Source: Tubulanus polymorphus | Lineage: Eukaryota > Animalia > Nemertea | Direction: 5' to 3' | NCBI RefSeq assembly: GCF_964204645.1 | Contig: NC_134035.1 | Location: 13,912,314 to 13,976,313, forward strand | DNA: 64,000 bases | Shown: one piece after another, positions 28,055 to 40,300 of the stretch | How the letters are laid out: each line of letters begins with the position of its first letter | How positions within the stretch are numbered: the first letter of the stretch is position 1 | Translations under genes and position numbers: made by a program | Notes under the pieces: model-generated | What the model was told of the DNA's origin: nothing | The model's database searches: none | The model's input: the letters and a program-made list of their open reading frames with translations, nothing else

Positions 28055-30258
28055 TTACGTGACCATGCCTTCGTCATCATAGTCACCATTGTTGTGTGGA
28101 GGGGAACTAGCACCGAATTCAGACGACTGAAAATAAAACCAAATATTCCGATTTCAACCACCAGGAGTCGCTAGTAGTAGTAGTGACAAATCCAGCGAAT
28201 TACTCAAAATTTAAGAGATTTTCTCATAAACCCATTCAATCAAAAAAAAGCAAATTAGAAAAATATTCACTGAAGCTAAAATGCGTTTAAATACCTGAAA
28301 CAGAGCCTGTCTGACAGGGGGCGCTGTTTGTCTGACGGGTGATGTCTCTTCCAACAATCGAGGACTTCCTTGTTGCGCGATAATGGAATAATTCGGCGAC
28401 GAATCTAACAACGCAGCAGCCGGGTTACCATGGTAACAATCACTAGAGAAACTATTGTTATGCACAGCCGATGAGAACGGATTGTTTTGTTTGTCGGGAG
28501 TCGACGCGATGAAATCATTCGCTCCGATTCGTGATAACTGTTGAGTTACTCCTAATAATCCATCGGGTTCGACCGTTATTATCACCCAAATCACCTCTAC
28601 AATATATCATCATCATTATTATTATTATTATTATCATAATTCTATTATTATGAATATAAATGATATAATGTTATTGATATTCATATACAGTCCACCCCCG
28701 ATATACCACGGGCCCATATCGGTGCAGAACGATTTTGGCGGTATATCGGGTGTGCTTTTCTATGTATTTATATAGAGATGAACATTGAGTAGACCTGGCA
28801 GTAGGCGGGGGTGGCGGTAAATGGACGGGCGGTTCATCGGGGGGTTCACTATTCTAAAGCATCATGTATCTACAAGTATTGCACCTTGCACACAAAGCAC
28901 GTGGTCACACAGCGCCTTAGTAATTACAGCCCAAGGCTTGTACTGTGTCCCTCATCTTGTAAAAAAGTATGTAAACTCCTTTATTGTACAATCATCTTAG
29001 ATGATATAATGATCAAAATTATATATATATATATATAATTCATAGGTAACTAGGTAACTGTAACAATTACATCTAATCTGACCGAGAGGACGGACACTAC
29101 AAACAGGATGGTTAACACTACAGACCGGTTTGTCGTATATTCTTACCTCCGAAATACTGACCGATAGCCGTACTCATTCTCCATTGACCTTGATAAATAC
29201 CAGGAGTAACCGGACTGGTCATACTGATACAAACATCGACTGTATCTAAAGGTTTAATACTATCTACCATGTGTTGTGTTTGTGTTCCAAGTAAATCTCC
29301 CTGTAGGAATTTCAGTGACACGCCCGGTGGCCATTCTTCATCTCCTGAAATATACTTTTATTTTCAAACGTCTGATATTTGATGCAGGGATCCAATTCCA
29401 CGAAATGTGGATTCAGAACTGTGGAACTGGGTCCAGAACTGTGGAACTGGGTCCAGAACTGTGGAACTGGTTCCAGAACTGTGGAACAGGGTCCAGAACT
29501 GTGGAACTGGATCCAGAACTGTGGAGCAGGGTCGAGAACTGTGGAATTGAGTCCAGAACTGTGGAACTGAGTCCAGAACAGTGTAACAGGGTCCAGTGAA
29601 TAACTAGGTAACTGTTACTAGGCAACTGTAACTAGGTAACTGTTAGTCTGTGTGACAAGGCGTTGGCGGCGGACTCTAACCTGAATTCTGTATCCTCCAT
29701 GTTTTAGTGAACTGTGTATTTGGAGGCACTGATTCACCCTCCCCGATTGTTATATCGTTGATTAGTCTCATGTTCGGCAGTTTATCTTGTTTTGGTTGTT
29801 CGAAGTCGAAGTAAGCGCAGACAGCAGCTTGTAGGTTCCTGTAAAATCAACAAACATTGCACCAGCTGGCAGCTTACAAATATAGCTTCAACAGCTTCTG
29901 ATTTTAACTGAGATAGAACTAAGGCCAAAGCGCTTTACGATCAGTTTGCGATTTTTACAGGACTGGTATGGTTAAATTAAACCGAAGTTCACTAGAGGTG
30001 GCGCTATTTTGTTTAGTAGCTGCCGTAGGCGCAGCCGCAGTCTGTATTTATACGAGTTGATATGAAATTATGAGTTAAGAATTGGGTAAGAATCTCTTAC
30101 CAATTATTCATTTCAAGAAAGAAAGCGCAGCTACCAGTTCCCAGCTGATAACCGAGTAGTTTCTGAAACTGTCCAATCAGAACATCTTTATCAGTGGTTC
30201 CCATTCTACTGAACTGCTGTAATAATTGTGAATCGATATCGTTATTATCCACATCCAT
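28055..30258 (-). CDS. ILRUN: ILRUN / C6orf106 (UBA-like + NBR1-like FW domain)
   Basis: Exons 30101-30258 (MDVDNNDIDSQLLQQFSRMGTTDKDVLIGQFQKLLG..CAFFLEMNNW), 29681-29838 (NLQAAVCAYFDF..IGEGESVPPNTQFTKTWRIQNSG), 29147-29344 (PGIYQGQWRM), 28295-28596 (EVIWVIITVE), 28055-28126 (stop). Confidence 0.93.
28688..28851. mobile_element. Degenerate Tc1/mariner(pogo)-like MITE in ILRUN intron
   Basis: TA|CAGTCCACCCCCGATATACC ... GGTTCATCGGGGGGTTCACTA, with imperfect inverted ends. Confidence 0.4.
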
Positions 30259-30454
30259 TGTTTGTTTGTTTATCAATGTTTTATTGAATTGTTATCGAAC
30301 GTTTAACACGATTAAAATCAATCACAAACATCAATTCCGTCATCATTACTCCTCTACTACACAACGACATATTGATGACGTCATAAGGAGGAGCCGGTTG
30401 CCACTAAAAATAGGAGGTAATCCTCACGTCCGGTCCATGAGTCCGATTCCGAAT

Positions 30455-31200
30455 GGTCACGTGACCTAGGGTTAGGGTTAGTACGGGCCAAATAGAGATT
30501 CTGACTGGGTCTCATCACGTGACCTAGGGTTAGGGTTAGTACGGGCCAACCAGGGATTCTGACTGGATCTTATCACGTGACCTAGGGTTAGGGTTAGTAC
30601 GGGCCAAATAGAGATTCTGGCTGGGTCTCATCACGTGACCTAGGGTTAGGGTTAGTACGGTCCAAATAGAGATTCTGGCTGGATCTCATCACGTGACCTA
30701 GGGTTAGGGTTAGTACGGGCCTAATAGAGATTCTGGCTGGGTCTCATCACGTGACCTAGGGTTAGGGTTAGTACGGGCCAAATAGAGATTCTGGCTGGGT
30801 CTCATCACGTGACCTAGGGTTAGGGTTAGTACGGGCCAACCAGGAATTCTGACTGGATCTTATCACGTGACCTAGGGTTAGGGTTTGTACGGGCCAAATA
30901 GAGATTCTGGCTGGGATCATCACGTGACCTGGGGTTAGGGTTAGTACGGGCCAACCAGGAATTCTGACTGGGATCATCACGTGACCTAGGGTTAGGGTTA
31001 GTACGGGACAAATAGAGATTCTGGCTGGGTCTCATCACGTGACCTAGGGTTAGGGTTAGTACGGGACAAATAGAGATTCTGGCTGGGTCTCATCACGTGA
31101 CCTAGGGTTAGGGTTAGTACGGGCCAAATAGAGATTCTGGCTGGGTTTAATCACGTGACCTAGGGTTAGGGTAAGTACGGGCCAACCAGAGATTTTGATC
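30455..31200. repeat. 57-58 bp tandem array (13 units) with TCACGTGA E-box and TAGGGTTAGGGTTAG in the ILRUN/WDR76 divergent promoter
   Basis: CACGTG at 30458, 30516, 30574, 30632, 30690, 30748, 30806, 30864, 30921, 30978, 31036, 31094, 31152. Each is followed by ACCT(A/G)GGGTTAGGGT and GTACGG. Confidence 0.95.
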
Positions 31201-31334
31201 ATTCAATGATCACGTGGCTATGTTCTTGGTACTCTGTGATCTGGTGATGGTCCAATCAAATAGCCTAAATGACAATCAGAGAGCGCGCTATTCACGTGTG
31301 TAGAGTGTTTATGTAACCCTTATTAGATAATAAA

Positions 31335-34300
31335 ATGTCTTCAAAACGTTATTTAACTCGCCGTCAAATCACTGCTCAACAAACAACGGTAATTATTTTG
31401 TGGAAGAATCGACAAACGAACTGAGATTTCGCTTTGGAATTATCAGTTACATTGAGATTAAGCAGGGCCTCTGTCTCTCTCTGACACAAAAGTTTTCGAC
31501 AGTCAGTAGATTTGTTAGCCGCTCGGTCGGTCGCCGATGACTTCGTATAGGCCTAGCCCTATATGTGAAATGTGATTTTCTCAGATTTCTTGCGTTAACT
31601 GCCAATTTTTGTAGTGAGTCCAACTTCAAACTCGGGCCCTTCTTTCTATGGGACAAGGCTTTAATCTAAGTTGATTTGTTAACCTACATGCCAGGTGACT
31701 GACAGAGACCTCTTTCTCTCTGTGCTGAAATTAATTGTGATACTCAATAAATTTCTAGGAAGTTGAAAATGAAATGAAAGTAGAAGTAAGAAGAAGTTTA
31801 CGACGACTCAGATCGCGGCCGCGTAGTGAGGAGCGACGTACAACAATTAGAAACACGGCAGAACGACAGACTAAACGTGAACAGACGACACGGAAAAAGA
31901 GGAAACGGAACGATGATGATGATGTCGATGATGAAGAAGAGGACAATGAGATTCCAGTATCTAAGAGACCTATTACTCAACTACACAGTAATAAACGGCT
32001 TGTTAAGGTTTGTAGCCCGTAAACACTTCCTCCAGCCCCATTTCCTCTCACCCCCTCCCTCTCTCACTCCCCCTCTCTTCCCCTCCAGTCCCACCACCTC
32101 TCCCCCTCCCGCCCCTCTCACTCCCCCTCTCCCTCCATCTTATAAAAGTAATAACTGATCTATATTTCAGCCACAAGAGAAACATAGTAAAGAGGAAAAA
32201 ACTTCAAATGTAAACAGTTCAAGTGAATCTGAATCAGACTCTGATTCTGATTCAGAGGTAAGTAGCGACCAAGTGCGCAGGATCTCAACTGCAGCAGCCA
32301 GCCCCCTCGACCCAGTTTCACAAAAAAGTTAAACTCAAATTTTTGGTGTAATTGCCATTATTGGTGACTTCATATTTTCAATGAGGACAACAATTCAAAC
32401 TTTACCGTTTTAGGCTTAAACTTTTTCTTGAAACTTTAACAGGTCCCAGGGGTATGGTAGTATCACGATAGCAGGAACCCGGCCACCCAGTATAGTATAA
32501 CATTGATGAAGTGTATGTTTAAACTGTAGGTTGATGATGGAATCTCAGAATATGAGAAAATAAGAATCTCAAACATGAAAGAAAATGCTGCATTTCTATT
32601 AAACTCGGGATTTTCAGAGGTTAGTAACTGTTTTCACCAGCAGGGGGCGCATCTTCAAAGTGTGGGTGCCAAACAGTAGCCAAACAGCCATTGAAATTGA
32701 GATGCAGTAATTGATAGGGCAAATTCATTAGAAGGTCAGGGACCGGGGCGTTATAGGGTCAGGATCCAGGTATTATAGTGTCACTCACTGGTCAGGACCC
32801 GTTATAAGATTCTGAAATCTTTCTATTTCAGGCAAAAGATTTATTCATGAAATCAGTGATTGACAAGAAACCCAAAATAGCCAGGCCGCGACCAAAACCG
32901 TAAATAAATTCATCCATTCCCTGAAATGCAGATTCATTGATTAGACACGTCACATTGTGTGGCGGTAAAATTGATTGTTATATTTTACAGTAGGAAGGAA
33001 GTTTTACCTCTGAGACAAAGGAGTCAGAGATTACAGAATAAAGATCCAGATGGCGCTCAAACCATCACGTTCAGTGAACCAGTAGTTGAGTCTATGGTAA
33101 GTGAATCAATCTCCCGGGAAGGCAAGGTGGCGTTGCAGTTGGACACCAATTGTCAGTGTTTCTGATGATGTTTGATTGTTTCGTTGTAGCCAAGGAAACC
33201 ATCCGGTAAATTGAATATACGCGACAATTTAGACGATGATTTGAACAAAGAGGAATTTCTGGAGCGACTTCAAACGGTGACGAAATCTGAAACTTCTCAA
33301 ACAATTCCTCAAGAGACACAGAGGTAAATATGAGAATTCATCTGATTGGTTTCAATGGGATTTTAAATCAATTTAAACCAATCAGATTCACTGACACATA
33401 CCGCACTTAATCATGTATTATTGAATCTGATTGGTTTATCTATTGTATCTAGTTTGTATCATTGAATCTGATTGGTTTATCCATTGTATCATTGAATCTG
33501 ATTGGTTTATTAATCTCTGTGTTTTTAGTTTGATTCCTGCTCTGAAGAGAATGAATCTGAAAGATGTCGTTAAAACGATTCCGAATCGTGTTTTCTCATT
33601 AGCGATTCACCCGAGTGAAGACAATATTCTCGTCGCCGCCGGTGATAAATGGGGTCAAATCGGATTGTTGAATTTCGTAAGTTCATTCACAATGCGTCGG
33701 TATGAAAAAAATGTCCTCTTCATAAGAAACGGTCCTCACTGAGGATATCTTATAATTCAATCAGGGAATTTGTAGTCAAGGATCGGGGGAATATCGGGCG
33801 ACTTGAGCTTGCTCTGATCTGATATCGGGAATCAGTAGCTGATAATAATGTTTACGTTGTCACTTGTAGGATGAATCTGATAGAAGCAAACATATCGTAG
33901 ATAGTTATGAAACTCACATACGACCAGTGAATTGTTTACGGTTTACAATGGATCGTTTGTATTCGTGTAGCTACGATGGAAGTTTACGTAGCTGTGATTT
34001 AAAAACTGCAGTTTCTGACGAGGTAAGAACGGAAGGAAACCCTCCTGCGGCAATATTTATTAAACCTTGATAAAGAGATGTCTTGTATCCAGGACCCGGT
34101 TCTAGGTGTTCTCTGTTTAAATCAGTTCATTTTCCTAGTATTTTTTAAACCCAAAACATCAAATAAACCTCAAAACTGTGTAACATGAAATGTATGTAAG
34201 AAATACTGATTATGATGATTATGTTTATCTCTGATGTTTATCTCTGATGTTTATCTCTGATGTTTATCTCTGATGTTTATCTCTGTTGTAGCTGTATAGA

Positions 34301-35912
34301 ACGTCTGATGACGACGAAGAACGCTGTATTTCGTTTGATTTCTACGATCAACAAACGACTGTGATTGTTGCGCTAAGCGACGGTCAGATAGTCGGTGTTG
34401 ATAGACGAGCTCCTGCTGATGGTAACCGGGCGGAGTTTAGTTATCAGCTTCACGATCGAGTTATTAAATCAATCAGCGTTCATCCTGTAGACACTCATTA
34501 TATATCTACTTGTACAAATAACGGGTAAATTTATTTATTTATTATTCATCAAATAACTCAATTCAGTTCCACAGTTCTCTGATTCAGTGTCCTGGACTCA
34601 GTTCCACAGTTCTGGACTCAGTTCCACAGTTCTCTGATTCAGTGTCCTGGACTCAGTTCTACAGTTCTGGACTCAGTTCCACAGTTCTCTGATTCAGTGT
34701 CCTGGACTCAGTTCCACAGTTCTGGACCCAGTTCCACAGTTCTGGATTCAGTTCCACAGTTCTGTACTCAGTTCCGCAATTTCCTGGTTCAGTTCCACAA
34801 TTCTGTACCTAGTTCCACAGTTCTGGAGTCAGTTCCACAGTTCTGGACTCAGTTCCACAATTTCTTGGTTCAGTTCCACAGTTCTGGACCACAATTCTTT
34901 GGTTCAGTTCTCTGGTTGTGTTTGACTATATTAGACTTCATAAAATCAGTTCATTTTCAATCATTTATTTGTGAGAGAAATGTTAGTAAAATCCGTTGCT
35001 GAGATATTTATCTTGTTGATGCTGATAGATGTGTATATTTTGTAGGATTGTTTCGTTGTGGGATCTTCGTAAAATTAACAAAAAGAAACCGAAAAGTATC
35101 GAGAATTTGATGCACGTTAAATCGTTGAATTCAGTCGGGTTTTCCCCAGTTACCGGTAATAAACTTGTTACTGTTTCTATGGATGATCGAATACGTGTGT
35201 TTAATACAACTGTTTTATCACATGTTTCTCAACAACCACAAACTATCATCAAGTAAGTTGTGCGTTTAAACTATAACACAACCTGTCACAATCTGCGTGC
35301 TCTCTCAGCCTGCAGTCTACAGCCTGCATCTCCACAGCCTGCAGTCTACAGCCTGCACCTCCTCAGCCTTCAGTCTGCACCCAACAATCACTGATTGTTG
35401 ATACATGTAGCCTACTAAATCATCATAACTTTTCCAATTTTTGATCGTCCACTTTTAAAATGAACTTCACCTGAGGCATTCTTCATGTTCTTTCAGTTGA
35501 TTTATATATATTTCAGACATGATTGTCACGTAGGTCGATGGTTGACCGGTTTCCGAGCGTCCTGGCACCCTGCCAGCGATGATGTGTTTGTGATGGGTTC
35601 TATGAATCGACCGCGAGAGGTAAGAAAAACTCATTAATCTGATAATTATTTTACCGGTGTGAACTGATAACTGATTAGACCACCTGTGATACATGACGAT
35701 ACAATTCCTATTTTACTGATTCAATTCAACAATGAACTGAATTCTTGTTTCCAATATTTCAGATCGTGCTGTACAGTTCTCACACCGGTGAAATTCTACA
35801 TCGATATCGAGATTCAGAATTGGCTTCGGTGAATTCCCTAAACGTGTTTCATCCAACTAGAAATATTTTAATCGGAGGAAATTCTAGCGGACGAATTCAC
35901 GTGTTTACGTAG
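31335..35912 (+). CDS. WDR76: WD repeat-containing protein 76 (CMR1 homologue)
   Basis: About 13 exons, including 31335-31388, 31759-32007, 32171-32257, 32530-32619 (SEYEKIRISNMKENAAFL), ~33529-33676 (RVFSLAIHPSEDNILVAAGDKWGQIGL), ~33870-34023 (LYSCSYDGSLR), ~35046-35252, ~35517-35619 (HDCHVGRWLTGFRASW), ~35763-35912 (GGNSSGRIHVFT stop). Confidence 0.9.
34563..34915. repeat. ~20-bp CAGTTCCACAGTTCTGGACT minisatellite in WDR76 intron
   Basis: Directly visible. Same family occurs at 29415-29597, 54770-54880 and 59630-59935. Confidence 0.85.
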
Positions 35913-37300
35913 AGACAGACGTCTCTGTTAATCTAAGCAATATCAAAATCAGGGATTCAATTTATTCTTTTTAACTGCATTTGCAATTTCTATATCCAGT
36001 GAGCATTTAAGTATCAAATTAGAGGTAATTTGTAGGTTATGTACGCATTATGTACTGATTTCTACTCTCACAGCTACTGTTAGTGTACATGTACTGTAAT
36101 GAAGACTTCTGGTCTTTTCATTAGTCCTATATTTTATTCTGTTCTGTTGCACAATATAAATCTATTTGTTACATTGTAAATAATGTAGTTATCTCTTCAG
36201 TCAGAAATTCTTTTACAATTCGCTTATTTGTATTATGGAAATAAGATCTTATATCTATGATTGTGTGTTAATGCTTCTGATGTGTTGGTTTTCAATGTTG
36301 GTCACATATAATTCAACAGATAAAGTCAGCGAGAGTACATTTTACAGGAAACACCACATTTCTAAGATTGGAAAACAAAAACGACATTTGTGATGCTCAA
36401 AAAGGACCATTTTGCTGCCAATCTTTCAACAACCAGTTGAGGATTAGGTGACGGTTTTGTTAAACCCAATAGACCGGGACATCCGTATCAGGTTTTTACA
36501 GATATTAGTTCTGGCATTCCGATAGATGGCAATTATGAGATGAGCCGTTCACGGAAGGACTACTCTTAAAAGATCTTCAATAATGATTCCTCTGAACTAG
36601 TTTTTAGTGAGATTTGCCTAGTCTGAACAGACTCATGAGTATAGGCAGCACCCGACAATGTCAGGATGATTTGCGAATAGAAATTCTGTGCATCTTTCGG
36701 AATTTATTATTTTTCATCTAGCCTAGCAGATTTATAATTTATTAGAAGGTATAATCAGTGCTGCCGCATCCCGCAGTCTCTCACTGTTCGGTCCCGCCGC
36801 TTCCATTGAATCAACATAAATATATTTGAATTGGTGCCAACCCTGGCAACTGACGAAACATTGCTCCACAACGTATTCCAAATGTCGCAAAGAGCAAAAA
36901 CGCCCTATCATTTCTAAAAGCTGTAACCGTATTTAGAGATGGCAGCACCTTACGGTAAAAATTTGACGAACTATTTACAGCAAACAACCGCTTGATTATT
37001 CCCAATAGCGGGCCGAGACTAAAATATACAAAATAAAGAAATAAATTAACTCGATTATTAATTCTAAATTGAAACGGAATTGATCGTATTCAACCCGGGG
37101 TGGCCAAACGTTTAAAATGAGGGAATATATTGAGAAACAACAATTCACTATCGGTACTCGTTTTATCAATTTATTTTCTATTCAATTGCTAATAAATCAT
37201 TTACAGAATTATTGAAATACTAAAGAGACTATTTTTCTAAAACTCAGGAGATATTTGCGTCGGCGTTTCCTCAGAAGCTAGAGAGAGGGAGATGGACGTG

Positions 37301-40300
37301 TCACCGAGGCATGCCAGAGCTATGAGTTGTTTGCTCATAGTGTTGTTCAGTCACTAGTTTAAGAACAGTCATTAATTCGTCTGCTATCTCTGATGAATAT
37401 TTATCCTGTGGATAATGACCTCCCTCCGTAAACGCTAAACATTTCCTGTATTTTCCCCCAGTGCTGACGATGCTGCTGCTGCTGCTGCTGTCAACTGTGT
37501 CGTTCATATCAGCAGAGATTTCATCTGAAACAATGTAATACATTTAAACAGATTTGAATTGACGGCTGCACACCCTCAGCCTGTAGTCCACCCACCCTCA
37601 GCCTGTAGCCCGCACACCCTCAGCCTGTAGTCCACCCACCCTCAGCCTGTAGCCCGCACACCCTCAGCCTGTAGTCCGCACACCCTCAGCCTGTAGCCCG
37701 CATACCCTCAGCCCGCACACCCTCAGCCTGTAGTCCACCCACCCTCAGCCTGAAGCCCGCACACCCTCAGCCTGTAGTCCGCACACCCTCAGCCTGTAGC
37801 CTGCACACCCTCAGCCTGTAGTCCACACACCCTCAGCCTGTAGCCTGCACACCCTCAGCCTAGAGCCTGCACACCCTCAGCCTGTAGCCTGCACACCCTC
37901 AGCCTGTAGTCCACCCACCCTCAGCCTGTAGCCTGCACACCCTCAGCCTGAAGCCTGCACACCCTCAGCCTGTAGCCTGCACACCCTCAGCCTGTAGTCT
38001 GCACACCCTCAGCCTGTAGTCCACCCACCCTCAGCCTGTAGCCTGCACACCCTCAGCCTGTAGTCCACCCACCCTCAGCCTGTAGCCCGCACACCCTCAG
38101 CCTGTAGTCCGCACACCCTCAGCCTGTAGCCTGCACACCCTCAGCCTGTAGTCCACCCACCCTCAGCCTGTAGCCTGCACACCATCAGCCTGTAGCCTGC
38201 ACACCCTCAGCCTGAAGCCTGCACACCCTCAGCCTGAAGCCAGCAGACCCTCAGCCTGAAGCCCGCACACCCTCCAGACAAACACCATCTGATAAATAAA
38301 GTGTGTTTGATCTGATTTTCCAAGCAAACAGATAAAACATCTCTTCTGTCTGTAGGAGTCAGGCAAATAGAACGTATAAATCATTGTGAAATGAAGGATG
38401 CTCGGGGTTGAGAAAACTATCAAGTGAAGACGAACAGTTCTTATAAGGTTGACAGTAATTTGACAGGGCAGGCTATTGCAGATAGTCTGAGGCGCAGATA
38501 GTCTTAGGGGCAAACAGTGTGAGGCGCAGACAGTGTGAGGGGCAGACAGTCTGAGGCGCAGACAGTGTGAGGGGCAAACAGTCTGAGGGGCAAACAGTGT
38601 GAGGCAGATTCCTGGCTCTGATTTCAGGGATAGAAATATTTTATTTACCTCGTTGAATGATAGTCGCTTTACGATCGTAGACTCGAGTTTTTGATTGCGT
38701 TAAACCGACGTTGTTAAGAGTTTGTTGAATTTGTTCAGCTTCCGAATAGGGATCGTTTAAACTATAAACGGCTAATACTGGATGAGATAGAATTTCCATT
38801 GAATAATAGTACGCTCGAACCTAGCAGAGAAAATATACATTAATGATGAATGTTTCTAGAAATTACTGCTCATCCCAGGAAAGTGATGTCGATAAAAACA
38901 AGTTAAAATGATTTCACAAACATTTTGAACGATTAAAAATTATTTGAGTTACATTTGACAAGGCGGCCACTTTTTATATAATTCACTTTTCCCTTCTGTC
39001 TGTTCCCTGACATGGATATTGTTTTCAATGAATTAATCTGCTGAGAATTCAATCAAGCCGTCAAACTTGTAACCAATGATAGAAACTGTTTGACTCTATG
39101 TGCGATCAAACATCTGCCTGATTTTAAGCTTTTTTAAAGCAAAAATTCCCTAATTCATATTTTCCAGGCAAGCAGCGCCACCTTGTTGATGTAGATGAAC
39201 CAAGATTGTACTTACATTATTGAATACAACAGCGGCTAAAGTACGCAGAGCCTGACCCCACATTGTTCTATCTGTACTCCGTAAAGCCATCACTGGACAT
39301 TCATATTCTATATACTGCGAAACAAATGGTCTGAATTTTGGCGTATCCCACCACGAAGACAGACGCATCAACTTCTGCTGTTCACCAAAATGTCTGTTAA
39401 ATCAAACACACAACAGAAATAACAAATCCAGATTTCACTAAGTCGTAATTTATGCAAATTTCAGGGTTAGATCCACAGCAGGGGCGAGACTTTTACAAGT
39501 CCATCCGATTTTATCTTCTTGAGTCCCCTTTTTCATTTTGTCAACATAAATAAATAATTGATGCTTTCAGTGCAGAAGTGCCCCTTAATATTGCTTTTTG
39601 GACATCGAAGTGCCTTTTGGGATGTGGAAAAAGTAGCCTCTGGATCTGCTTCTGAAATATGGCTGATTTTCCAATATAAGGCCTTTAGCACACAGAAACA
39701 AGTGGATAATTAGGTACTTACTGCGGTAGACTGATAGGTAATGGAGAGATCAGAGTGAGACTTTTAAACAGTTCCTCTTGAGGCGTGGCTAACATCAGAT
39801 TCATAGCTATCACTGACGCCGTGCCCTGCCCTACTATCATATCAAAACTATAAAATAATGAAAAAATCTCTTGAACTATGAGATAAACAGGTTTATTTCC
39901 CCCCTCAACCCGCTGAGCACCACTCAGGATATTCATTAGGGGGTTCCCCTCAACCCGCTGAGCTCCACTCAGGATATTCATTAGGGGGTTCCCCTCAACC
40001 CGCTGAGCTCCACTCAGGATATTCATTAGGGGGTTCCCCTCAACCCGCTGAGCTCCACTCAGGATATTCATTAGGGGGTTCCCCTCAACCCGCTAAGCTC
40101 CACTCAGGATATTCATTAAGGGGTTCCCCTCAACCCGCTGAGCACCACACAGGATATTCATTAGGGGGTTCCCCTCAACCCGCTGAGCACCACACAGGAT
40201 ATTCATTAGGGGGTTCCCCTCAACCCGCTGAGCACCACACAGGATATTCATTAGGGGGTTCCCCTCAACCCGCTGAGCTCCACTCAGGATATTCATTAGG

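Noticed and set aside
30455-31200. True telomere or chromosome-fusion site
   Set aside because: Only about two TTAGGG per 58-bp unit, in a single orientation and flanked by intact genes.
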